Positions 39,358 through 48,223 of a stretch of DNA of 64,000 nucleotides are shown here, piece after piece. The stretch is from contig DATBJW010000065.1 of NCBI GenBank assembly GCA_036556205.1, positions 4,285 through 68,284 of the forward strand. Reading direction: 5' to 3'. The notes under the pieces were generated by a model that saw only the letters and a program-made list of their open reading frames with translations, was not told the origin of the DNA and searched no databases. Positions within the stretch are counted from its first letter, which is position 1. Each line of letters opens with the position of its first letter. Source of the DNA: Gemmatimonadota bacterium. Lineage in GTDB: Bacteria > Gemmatimonadota > Gemmatimonadetes > JACCXV01. Position numbers and translations under genes: made by a program.

Positions 39358-39417
39358 GTCGAGCACCTCCTGCGCGGGCGGCCTCCAGATTCGTCGGGCC
39401 GGGGCCGCGCCAGCCCG

Positions 39418-39467
39418 AATCCCTACTTGAGCGCTGGGAGTTTAGCCCTGACCCCGGGGACTGTCAA
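39418..39467 (-). promoter_or_regulatory. Sigma70 promoter of the rrf2 gene overlapped by a putative operator
   Basis: TTGACA(39467-39462)-N17-TAAACT(39444-39439); 25-bp motif at 39418-39442 covers -10/+1. Confidence 0.75.
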
Positions 39468-39522
39468 CGACGAATTCCGTCCGGACGGCCTAGGCCGCCG
39501 GTAGTGTCGCGAAGCCGGTCGC

Positions 39523-40612
39523 CTAACGCCCGCGGCCGCGCTGCTCGAGGACGCGCGTGAAGACCCCGTCGCGTCCGTAAAGGCTTTCCGTGACCCGCCC
39601 CCAGCCTCCCAGATAGTCGACTCGCCAGAGGTCCTGGACCGGCGGAAACTCCGCGGCGACCTCTCGCCCGACGTCGGGGTCCACGGGCCGCAGGCCGTAT
39701 TCGGCGAATGCGCGCTGGGCCTCGGGCGTTCGAAGAAAGTCCACGAAAGCCTGGGCGGCGTCCCGCACCCCGTGCTCTTTCGCGTAGACGTCCACCACGG
39801 CCGCGGGATTCTCGACGAGGATCGTCGAGCGCGGGATCACGTACTCGTAGGTCTGCCCCGCCCGCCGTCCCACCAGGACCTCGTTCTCGTAGGTCACGGC
39901 GACGTCCCCCAGACCCTTCTCGAAGGTCGTCATGGACTCGCGGGCGCCCTTGTCCATGATGGAGACGTTCCTGAACACGCGCGCGAGGAAGTCCCGGGCG
40001 GCGGCGGAGTCGTCCTTCGCCACCCCCTCGACCTGGCCGCGCAGGGCGGCCCCGTACATCGCGTTCACGTTCCACTGCGCCCCGCCCGATGTCTTGGGGT
40101 CGGGGGTCAGGACGTTCAGTCCGGGTCGGGCCAGGTCGGCCCAGTCCCGGATGCCCATCGGGTTCCCCTTCCGGACCGCGAGCACCACGATCGAGGTCGT
40201 GACCACGCCGGAGTTCGGCTCGGCCCGCCAGTCATGAGTGATCAGCCCGGCCCCGGCGATCCGGTCCAGGTCGGCCTGGAGGGAGAGGGCGGCCACGTCC
40301 GCCTCGAAGCCCTCGACGATCGCGCGAGCCTGCGCCCCGCTCGCCTGGTAGGACTCGCGGAAGACGACGCTCTGGCCGCTTCGCTCGCGCCAGAGCCGCT
40401 CGAAGGCCGGCAGAATGGAGTCGCGATAGGCCTCGCGGGGCGTCGTGTAGGCGCCCAGGATCAGCGTGACCTCGCCGTCGGCGCGCGACGCCCCGCGTTC
40501 CGAGGGGGGGTTCCCCCCGCACCCGGCGAGCAGCAGTAGCGCTGAGAGGAAGAGGGCACACGAAGCGGGCGGCGGCGCGCTCGGCGAGCCTCCGCGATCG
40601 CGATCGCGGCAC
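39523..40612 (-). CDS. Sulfate-binding lipoprotein, copy 2 (5' end anomalous)
   Basis: LLLLAGC lipobox, TLILGAYTTPREAY, SYQASGAQARAIVEGFEADV, TPDPKTSGGAQWN; no in-frame canonical start near the lipobox. Confidence 0.85.
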
Positions 40613-40709
40613 CGATACGCCTGCCGGATTCCCTGCCACGGTGGAACCGTGCGGGCAGATGCGCGACCGCCGTCCGGTACGACGACGATTGCCGGGGTGG
40701 GGCGATCCG

Positions 40710-41945
40710 TCAGCCCACCACCTTCGCCCCGGGCTCGGTGCGGAGCGGGTAGTGCGGAAGGAGCCGGTAGTCCTTGAGACCCACCATCACGTCGTCGCCG
40801 GGGGAGAGCTGCATCTCGCCCGCCTCCCACTTCGTGCGGCTCACCGTGATCGGCAGGCCGCCCACGTAGACCTCGGAGCCGTCGGCCGCGGCGGGCCGCC
40901 CGGAGACGGTGGGCCGCCGCGGCGAGAACGTGAGCCGCACGACCAGCCGCTCCGCGGGACCGACGTAGGAGACGCCCTCCACCACGCCGTGCCCGAGGTG
41001 ATGAGGGGTGCCGAGCAGCGGGGCCTCGAAGTTGAGCACCACGTCCTCCGGCCGGAAGACGACCTTGACGGCCTGCCGGTCCTCCAGCACCGGCGGGTCC
41101 GCGGGAGGTCTCAGACGCAGCGGGCCCAGCGTGACCTCGTCGCTCCGCCAGCGCCCGAGCAGTACGTTGGCCGCGCCCAGGAAGGTGGCCACGAACTCGG
41201 TGCGCGGACGGTTGTAGACGTCGAACGGCGTGCCGATCTGCTCGATCCGGCCCTCGTTCAGGATGGCGATCCGGTCGGCCAGCTCGAGCGCTTCCTCCTG
41301 ATCGTGGGTGATGAAGAGCGCCGGCATCCGCGCCGACTGGAGGAGCGCCCGCACCTCGCGGCGCAGCTCCGCGCGCGTGATGGCGTCGAGCCCGCTGAAG
41401 GGCTCGTCGAAGAGCATGGCCAGCGGCCGGATGGCGAGCGCGCGGGCCACCGCCACCCGCTGGCGCATGCCGCCCGAGAGCTGGTAGGGGTACTTTCCGC
41501 GATCGGCGCCGAGCTCCACGAGGTCGAGCATCCGGTCGACGCGCCGGCGGACGTCTTCGGCGGCCACGCCGCGCAGCTCCAGTCCGAAGGCCACGTTCTG
41601 CTCGACCGTCATGCGCGTGAACAGCGCCTGCTCCTGGAACACGATCCCGAACCCGCGCCGCTGGGGTGGCAGGGACGTCGCCTCCCGTCCCAGCAGCTCG
41701 ATCTCACCGGCTTCCGCCGTCTCGAGCCCGGCCAGCAGCCGGAGCAGGGTGGTCTTGCCGCTGCCGGAGGGACCCAGCACGACGAGCAGCTCACCCTCGT
41801 GCAGATCGAAGCTCACGCCGGCGAGCACGACTTGCGGGCCGAAGCGCTTCGCGAGATCGCGGACGCGGATGGGCGGGGAGAGCGCGGCGGTCGGACCGGG
41901 AGAAGAGGCCCCGGTCGCGATGTCGATGACCTCGATCTCGGGCAT
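40710..41945 (-). CDS. Second CysA-like ABC ATPase with TOBE-like C-terminus
   Basis: GPSGSGKTT, LSGGMRQR, FDEPFSGLD, ITHDQEEALELADRI. Confidence 0.88.
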   Translation of the reverse strand: MPEIEVIDIATGASSPGPTAALSPPIRVRDLAKRFGPQVVLAGVSFDLHEGELLVVLGPSGSGKTTLLRLLAGLETAEAGEIELLGREATSLPPQRRGFGIVFQEQALFTRMTVEQNVAFGLELRGVAAEDVRRRVDRMLDLVELGADRGKYPYQLSGGMRQRVAVARALAIRPLAMLFDEPFSGLDAITRAELRREVRALLQSARMPALFITHDQEEALELADRIAILNEGRIEQIGTPFDVYNRPRTEFVATFLGAANVLLGRWRSDEVTLGPLRLRPPADPPVLEDRQAVKVVFRPEDVVLNFEAPLLGTPHHLGHGVVEGVSYVGPAERLVVRLTFSPRRPTVSGRPAAADGSEVYVGGLPITVSRTKWEAGEMQLSPGDDVMVGLKDYRLLPHYPLRTEPGAKVVG

Positions 41946-41963
41946 GATCCAGCGCTGGGCGGG

Positions 41964-42779
41964 CTACCGGCTCCAGCCCTGGGCGGGGCCGCGGGTGAAC
42001 TGCTCCATCTCCACGACGCCGCCCTCGACGTCCTCGAGGTCGAGGAAGTCGCGGATCTCGCGGCGCAGGTCCTGCTGGATCTCGTAGATCGAGCGGTTGC
42101 CGTCGATCACGCGGAAGTCGTAGTCCTCGGTGAGGTCCTCGAAGGCGTCGAGTAGCCGGCTCTGGTAGGCCATGAAGCTGTCGTAGGGGTCGGCGCCCAG
42201 GTTCAGGTCCATCCCGGCCTCCCAGTAGTCGATGCCGTCGCCCTGCAAGACGCGGCGGATCAGCGTGTCCGTCGGGACCTTGAGGTAGAGCACGAGGTCC
42301 GGCTGGAGCGCGAAGCCGTAGAGCGCCCGCACCCAGTCCTCGTCGATCCCGCGCACGCGAGCTCGCGCGAGCGCCGTGTACAGGTAGCGGTCGGCGAGCA
42401 CGATGAAGCCGGACTTCAGGGCGGGGATGATCTGGTTCTCGAGGCGGTCCGCGAAGTCGATGGCGTACATCAGCGTGAATGTGATGCGGTTCAGCTGGTG
42501 CCCCTCCTTGGCGATCTCGATCTCCTCGGCCATCAGCTTGGAGCGCGTCCAGCCCGTCTCGACCACGCCGAAGCCCTGCACCTCGAGCCATTCCCGGAGG
42601 CCCTTCATCTGCGTCGAGCGGCCGGAGCTGTCCGTGCCCTCGATCGAGATGAGCTTCCCGGTCAGGTCGCTGATGTCGATGTAGGGCAGTCCCTCGCCGA
42701 ACCAGGCGTGCGGCCGCGCCCGGCCAGGCGTGCGGGCGGACGGCCCGGAACGGGCGTCCATCCCGCGCGTTTCACTCAT
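41964..42779 (-). CDS. Thymidylate-kinase-like protein A (degenerate P-loop)
   Basis: ISIEGTDSSGRSTQ, DFADRL, IVLADRY, PDLVLYL. Confidence 0.85.
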   Translation of the reverse strand: MSETRGMDARSGPSARTPGRARPHAWFGEGLPYIDISDLTGKLISIEGTDSSGRSTQMKGLREWLEVQGFGVVETGWTRSKLMAEEIEIAKEGHQLNRITFTLMYAIDFADRLENQIIPALKSGFIVLADRYLYTALARARVRGIDEDWVRALYGFALQPDLVLYLKVPTDTLIRRVLQGDGIDYWEAGMDLNLGADPYDSFMAYQSRLLDAFEDLTEDYDFRVIDGNRSIYEIQQDLRREIRDFLDLEDVEGGVVEMEQFTRGPAQGWSR

Positions 42780-43509
42780 CGTGGTCCCTCCCCGTCTCGC
42801 GCAGCATATCGCTCACGATCTCGCGCACCTCCTGCTGCTGGTCGTCGATCTCGAGCGTGGCGTCGATCACGCGCAGACCGAACTCGTCCACCATTTGGTC
42901 GTACTCGTCGATGATGCGGCCCTGGAAGAGCTTGAAGGACTCCAGGATGTCTTCCGACAGGTGCATGTCCATGCCCGCCTCGTGGTACTTGATCTTGGCC
43001 CGGCCGCGGAGCAGCCGCGCGAGCGAGATCTCGACCGGCACCCGGAAGTAGAACGCCACGTCGGGCCGCACCGCGAAGCTGTAGAGCTCGCGCACCCAGC
43101 GGGGGCTCACTCCACGGGCCACATCGCGGCCGAAGGCCGTGAACGCGTATCGGTCGGCGAGCACGATCATGCCCGCCTTGAGGGCGGGAACGATCTTGAA
43201 GGTGAGCCGGTCGGCGAAGTCGGTGGCGTGCAGCAGGCTGAAGGTGGTGGGGGTGAGCAGGTCCTTCTTCTTGCCCATCCGCGTGGCGTTCTTCACGAGC
43301 GTGGACGAGTTCCACTCGGTGAAGAACGCGCGAAACCCGCGGGCCTGAAGCCAGCGCTGGAGCAGCACGAGCTGGGTGGACTTGCCGGACCCGTCGATGC
43401 CCTCGACGATGATCAGGCGCCCGGGGTAGGGGTGCGGCTCAGCCAGCTTGGAGGCCGGGCTCGGCAGCGGCCAGGACTTCGCCGGCGCGCTCGGCATCGG
43501 GAGCTTCAT
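42772..43509 (-). CDS. Thymidylate-kinase-like protein B
   Basis: IIVEGIDGSGKSTQ, FTEWNSS, HATDFADRL, IVLADRY, RPDVAFYF. Confidence 0.88.
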   Translation of the reverse strand: MKLPMPSAPAKSWPLPSPASKLAEPHPYPGRLIIVEGIDGSGKSTQLVLLQRWLQARGFRAFFTEWNSSTLVKNATRMGKKKDLLTPTTFSLLHATDFADRLTFKIVPALKAGMIVLADRYAFTAFGRDVARGVSPRWVRELYSFAVRPDVAFYFRVPVEISLARLLRGRAKIKYHEAGMDMHLSEDILESFKLFQGRIIDEYDQMVDEFGLRVIDATLEIDDQQQEVREIVSDMLRETGRDHDE

Positions 43510-45037
43510 CGGGCCTCTCCAGCTTGAATTCGGGCTCGGCCTCGAAGGCCAGCTCGAACAGATCGGATTTCCGACGCGCTCCCCAGAGCTCGATCTCCGC
43601 GTCGTGCCAGCTCAGCACGTGGAAGGTAGCCCGCCCGTCTTGAACCTGGCAATGCACGGCCTCCACGACCTGGTTGTGGCCGCGGTCCAGGCCGTCGGCG
43701 ATGCGCAAGAGCGCGGCGAGAACGCGCACCCGGCGCTGGTCGCCCTTGCGCAGGCGCGCGAACTCGGGGTGCCCCGCTCGCGGGAGCGACTTGCGGTGGT
43801 AGCGCGCCACGTTCGCGACGATCTCGATCTCGCGGGCCGTGAAACCGCGCAGACCGCCGTGCACGATCAGGTAGTAGGAATGGCGCTGGTGCCGGCGGTG
43901 CTCCACGTGGAGGCCGACGTCGTGGAGCACGGCGGCGACGTGGAGGAGCTGCCGGCATTCGGGCTCGAGCCCGTGCAGAGGTGCGAGGTCGTCGAAGAGC
44001 TCGAGCGCCAGCCGGGACACGTGAGCCGCGTGCGCCGTGTCGCCCTGCGCGCGGTGCAGGAGCTCGTTCACGCTGCGGAGACGCACGTCCGGAAGGGCGT
44101 CCTCGCGCCGGATGCGGTCGCGGGCCCGGTCCAGGTAATCCAGGATCAAGCCCTCGCGTAGAGCCGCGGCGCAAGCGGTCAGGCTCGGCGCTCCCAGAGC
44201 TTCCAGGACCTCCTGCAGGACCAGGCCCCCCGCCGCGATCGTCGCCACGCGTCCTTCGTCCAGCCCGGGGACCTTGCGCCGCTCCGAGGCGTCCAGCTTC
44301 AGGAGCTTCTTCGTGAGCCGGCGGACGGCATCGGCGTCCACGACGTGCAGGTGCGTCTCGCGGCCGTTCTTGCCCCCCTCGAGATCCATGCGGGCGAAGC
44401 TCTCGATCGTGCCCGAGGTGCCGACCACGAGGTCCACGGGGGAGCGGGTGTAGGGGCCGCTGACTCGCGCCAGGGTGCGGCGGCAGAGCGTGCGCACGGC
44501 CTCCACGGACTCCGGAGAGGGCGGATCGCCCTCCAGGAGGTCGGCGAGGCGGATGTGGCCGAGCTTCAGCGAGTCCACGACGATGGGCCGCGGGCCCGCG
44601 CCGAGGATCAGCTCCACCGATCCGCCGCCGATGTCCACGGCCACGACGCGGCGGTCTCCGATCTCGACGTAGTGGCGGATGGCGCGGTAGATCAGCCGCC
44701 CTTCGTCCTCGCCGGTGATGACGCGCACGTGGATGCCGGTCCGGCGCGCGACCTCTTCGATGAAGTCGCCGCCGTTCGAGGCCTCGCGCACCGCGCTCGT
44801 CGCGACCGCCAGGACGCGGGACACCTCGTGCCCGGCGCAGATGCGCTTGAAGCTCGCGAGCGATGCCAGAGCGCGCTCGGCGGCGTCGGGCGCGAGACGG
44901 CGGCTCGCGAACTCGCCGCGACCGAGCTGCACCATCTCCTTCTGGCTGTCGAGGATGCGGAACGAGCCGTCGGGCCGGAGCTCGGCCACGATCAGGTGCA
45001 CCGAGTTCGTGCCGACGTCGATGGCGGCTACGCGCAT
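43439..45037 (-). CDS. ppx: Ppx/GppA exopolyphosphatase with C-terminal HD-like domain
   Basis: AIDVGTNSVHL, ATSAVREA, GEDEGRL, DIGGGSVE, GTSGT, ALREG, LHDVG, NVARYHR, RIADGLD. Confidence 0.95.
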   Translation of the reverse strand: MRVAAIDVGTNSVHLIVAELRPDGSFRILDSQKEMVQLGRGEFASRRLAPDAAERALASLASFKRICAGHEVSRVLAVATSAVREASNGGDFIEEVARRTGIHVRVITGEDEGRLIYRAIRHYVEIGDRRVVAVDIGGGSVELILGAGPRPIVVDSLKLGHIRLADLLEGDPPSPESVEAVRTLCRRTLARVSGPYTRSPVDLVVGTSGTIESFARMDLEGGKNGRETHLHVVDADAVRRLTKKLLKLDASERRKVPGLDEGRVATIAAGGLVLQEVLEALGAPSLTACAAALREGLILDYLDRARDRIRREDALPDVRLRSVNELLHRAQGDTAHAAHVSRLALELFDDLAPLHGLEPECRQLLHVAAVLHDVGLHVEHRRHQRHSYYLIVHGGLRGFTAREIEIVANVARYHRKSLPRAGHPEFARLRKGDQRRVRVLAALLRIADGLDRGHNQVVEAVHCQVQDGRATFHVLSWHDAEIELWGARRKSDLFELAFEAEPEFKLERPDEAPDAERAGEVLAAAEPGLQAG

Positions 45038-45205
45038 AGTGGAATGTAGGCCGCGGAGGTTACAAAACGATGCCGATCGGAGCGGATCGAGCTAGATTAC
45101 CTCCGATCGTCCCGGAAGGCGAGCGCGACCGCATCGCCGCCGCTCTCCTCGCCCGTCGTGCTGCACGACCCGGCAGGCTTCGGCTACCCAAGAAGAGCTT
45201 CCCCC

Positions 45206-46789
45206 ATGAGCGATCCGATCTCGACCACGGCCGGGCGCGGCCTCTCCTCTGGTGACGTCGCCGAGCCGCACGCCGCCCGGGTAGGGGCGCTCGCCGCACC
45301 TCTTCCGCCCCAGGCGCGGATGGAGAGCCTGCTGGAGGAAGCCCAGCGGCAGCTTCCCGAGGCCCTGGCCGGAGACGAGGAGGCCGTCCACGATCTGCGC
45401 GTCGCTCTGCGGCGGATTCGCGTGCTCGCCCGCGAGCTCGTGGACACCGGTGGCGGGCTGGCTGAACCGCTGATCGAGCTCGCAGCCGGGGCGACCGCGC
45501 TCTTCCGTGCGCTGGCCGGCATACGGGACCTGGACATCCTGGGCCACGAGCTGGCCGATCTGGCCGCCGCCGGGGCGCTGGGTCCGGCCGTCGACCCGAG
45601 CCTCGCGCGCTGGGTCGAGGGGGAACGGGCGCGGCTGCGCGTGGGAGTGCCCGACGCCGCGGCCTTCTTCCGTCAGGAGGTCGAGCGCTACTTGCTGGCG
45701 GCCAGGCCGCGGGGCACGGACCGGCCAGCGCGTGCCGCGGCCGTCCAGGCCCGTCGGCGGGCCCGACCACGACATGGAGGCCGGCGCCTGGCGCGGCCGG
45801 CGCGACGGCTCCTGAAGGCCTTCGATCGCGTGCGCCGCCGTCCCACGCCGCAGCGTCTCCACCGCCTCAGGATACGCGCCAAGTCGTTGCGCTACACGGC
45901 CGAGACCCTGGCTCACAGGGAGGCGGGGCCACTCAGGCGAGGCCCTGGAGCGGGTCTCGCCGCGCTTGAATCCGGCCTCAAAAAGTTGCAGGATGCCCTG
46001 GGAGCCGTTCAGGACGCGGCGATGGTCCTGGCGCGACTCGACGGACTGGGCGCGGCGGACACGCTGCCGCCCTCGGCGGTCGGACCGGCGCGGGTGGCCG
46101 CCGCTCGGGAGCTGGAGCGCCGCCGTGCGGCGTTCCTCGCCAATCTGGAGCTCGGCGTGTATGCGAACCTTTTGCACGAGGTGAAGAAGGTGGCAGCCAA
46201 ACAGGGGGACGGGACGGGGGGCGAAACGCGTGACGCGGCTCGCATCCCGCTCGAGAAGATTCCGGGGATCGGGCCCGCGAAAGCGCGGCGGCTCGCGGAG
46301 GCGGGGCTCGCGAGCCCCGACGCGCTCAAATCGGCCAGCCTCGAGGACCTGGCCGCGGTGAAGACGATCGGGACGCATCAAGCCAAGCTCATCAAGGAGT
46401 ATGTGGACGAGAGCGGAAACGGCGGACCCGTCGACGGCGACGGCGAGGTGGATGGGAAGCGCTTCGAGCGCACGCAGGCGGTGCTTGGACTGGGGGCGAC
46501 CGTCTCGGACTACGCGCGCACGCTGGCCGAAGAGCTGTCGCGACACGAGGAAGGCGACACGGTCCGCGCGGGGCGCCAGGCCGAGCGGCTGGCCGATGGG
46601 CTCTCCGCGCTGTCCGACCGTCTGAACGAGGTCTCCTCGAAGCGACTGAAATCCTTGCGCGCCGAGCTGCGCGAGACCGAGGGGCTGCTCGCCAAGGTCC
46701 TCGACCTCGAGACCTCGAGCCTCAAGATGAACAAGCTGCGGAAAGCCTTGAAGACACACCGCAGGGCCATCGAGAGCTATCTGGGCTGA
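45206..46789 (+). CDS. CHAD-domain protein fused to a helix-hairpin-helix module and a helical C-terminal domain
   Basis: EEAVHDLRVALRRIR, IRDLDI, LHRLRIRAKSLRYTAE, LQDALGAVQD (CHAD); IPGIGPAKARRLAEAG..LAAVKTIG (HhH). Confidence 0.85.
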   Translation: MSDPISTTAGRGLSSGDVAEPHAARVGALAAPLPPQARMESLLEEAQRQLPEALAGDEEAVHDLRVALRRIRVLARELVDTGGGLAEPLIELAAGATALFRALAGIRDLDILGHELADLAAAGALGPAVDPSLARWVEGERARLRVGVPDAAAFFRQEVERYLLAARPRGTDRPARAAAVQARRRARPRHGGRRLARPARRLLKAFDRVRRRPTPQRLHRLRIRAKSLRYTAETLAHREAGPLRRGPGAGLAALESGLKKLQDALGAVQDAAMVLARLDGLGAADTLPPSAVGPARVAAARELERRRAAFLANLELGVYANLLHEVKKVAAKQGDGTGGETRDAARIPLEKIPGIGPAKARRLAEAGLASPDALKSASLEDLAAVKTIGTHQAKLIKEYVDESGNGGPVDGDGEVDGKRFERTQAVLGLGATVSDYARTLAEELSRHEEGDTVRAGRQAERLADGLSALSDRLNEVSSKRLKSLRAELRETEGLLAKVLDLETSSLKMNKLRKALKTHRRAIESYLG

Positions 46790-46851
46790 CGGGCGGCGGG
46801 CCGGGCTCGCGGTTCTCGACCCACCCTCGAGCCGCTATATTCGAGCCCGCC

Positions 46852-47421
46852 ATGGCCGTCTCCGCTCGCAACCGGGCCTACATCCAGCTCGCCGTACTCC
46901 ACTTCGGGCTGCCGCAGGACTACGTCGGGATCGTCCTCGGCGCGATCCGGGACTACCTCTCCCGCAACGGGCATCTTCGGCCCTTCCTCGAAGAAGACCT
47001 TCAGGATCTGGCGATCGACCTGATGCTGGAGCTCGGATGCGGGCCCTGGCAGAACGGTCGCGGCGAGTCCATCGACAGCGGCGCCACGGAGGGCATGCGC
47101 TACTTCAAGGTCGCTCTACGCAACCGGCTCACGAACTACGTGACCCGCGAGCTGCCGACCGAGCCGCACGAGTCGTATGACTCGCTCCCCGAAGAGCTGC
47201 CCGACCCGAGCACCGGCGACGCGGAGCTTCCCACGGTGGGCGAGATCCGGGACGCAATCCGGCGGTTGGGCTTCGTGGACCGCGTGGTCGTGACCTACAT
47301 GACCGAGGGCCTCAACCAGCGCGACATCGCGCGCATCACCGGCCTCTCGAAGAGCAACCTGAACCGCCGAGTCCAGCACATTCGCGCGACGCTCTCGCGC
47401 ATCCTCCAGTACCAGCCCTGA
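46852..47421 (+). CDS. Divergent ECF-like sigma-70 family factor
   Basis: EEDLQDLAIDL, YFKVALRNRLTNY, region-4 HTH GLNQRDIARITGLSKSNLNRRV. Confidence 0.7.
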   Translation: MAVSARNRAYIQLAVLHFGLPQDYVGIVLGAIRDYLSRNGHLRPFLEEDLQDLAIDLMLELGCGPWQNGRGESIDSGATEGMRYFKVALRNRLTNYVTRELPTEPHESYDSLPEELPDPSTGDAELPTVGEIRDAIRRLGFVDRVVVTYMTEGLNQRDIARITGLSKSNLNRRVQHIRATLSRILQYQP

Positions 47422-47427
47422 GCCGGC

Positions 47428-48219
47428 GTGGCCGCAGTCGTCCAGAGCGTCAAGTACGGGCTGTTCGAGCTCCAGGAGCTCTTCTCCTTCGCGGGGAGAG
47501 TGGCGCGCGCGGCCGTGCGCCGACCGTTCTACCCCCGGGAAGCCTTCGCGGCGATGGACCACCTCGGGGCGGGATCGGTCGGGGTCGTGGTGCTTGCCGG
47601 AGTCTTCGCAGGCGAGGCGCTGGCGCTGCAGATCGTCCGCCAGCTGTCGGACTTCGGAGCGCTCTCGCTGGTCGGCCGTGCGATGGCGCTCGGCGTGGTG
47701 CGCGATCTGGGCCCGGTCCTCACCGGGCTCATCGTCTCCGGGCGGGTGGCCTCCAGCGTCGCAGCCGAGCTGGGCGGCATGGTGCTGGGCAAGCAGGTGA
47801 TCGCGATCCAGGTCTACGGCGAGGACCCGATCCAGAAGCTCGTAGTCCCGCGCGTCTTGAGCCTGGCGCTGATGGTCCCGCTGCTCACGCTCTTCGCCGA
47901 CGCCATCTCCATCGTCGGCGGAGACTGGATCGCGCGCCTGATCGGCAACCTGAGCCCGGCCGTGTACTGGACCGGTGTCAAGGCGAACCTCACCCTGAAG
48001 ACGCTGCTCATCGGGACGCTCAAGCCCATGGTGTTCGGCGTGGTCATCGGGGTGATCGCCTGCTACGTCGGATTGAAGACGACCGGCGGGACGCTGGGGA
48101 TCGGGATGGCCACCCGCAAGTCCGTGGTCTGGAACTCGATCGCGATCCTGACCGTAAACCTGCTGATCACCCAGCTCGGTTTCCGCATCCTCGACCCGCT
48201 CCTCGGACCCGGGAACTGA
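47428..48219 (+). CDS. mlaE: MlaE-family ABC permease
   Basis: RDLGPVLTGLIVSGRVASSVAAELGGM, DPIQKLVVPR, TTGGTLGIG. Confidence 0.92.
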   Translation: MAAVVQSVKYGLFELQELFSFAGRVARAAVRRPFYPREAFAAMDHLGAGSVGVVVLAGVFAGEALALQIVRQLSDFGALSLVGRAMALGVVRDLGPVLTGLIVSGRVASSVAAELGGMVLGKQVIAIQVYGEDPIQKLVVPRVLSLALMVPLLTLFADAISIVGGDWIARLIGNLSPAVYWTGVKANLTLKTLLIGTLKPMVFGVVIGVIACYVGLKTTGGTLGIGMATRKSVVWNSIAILTVNLLITQLGFRILDPLLGPGN

Positions 48220-48223
48220 TCCC

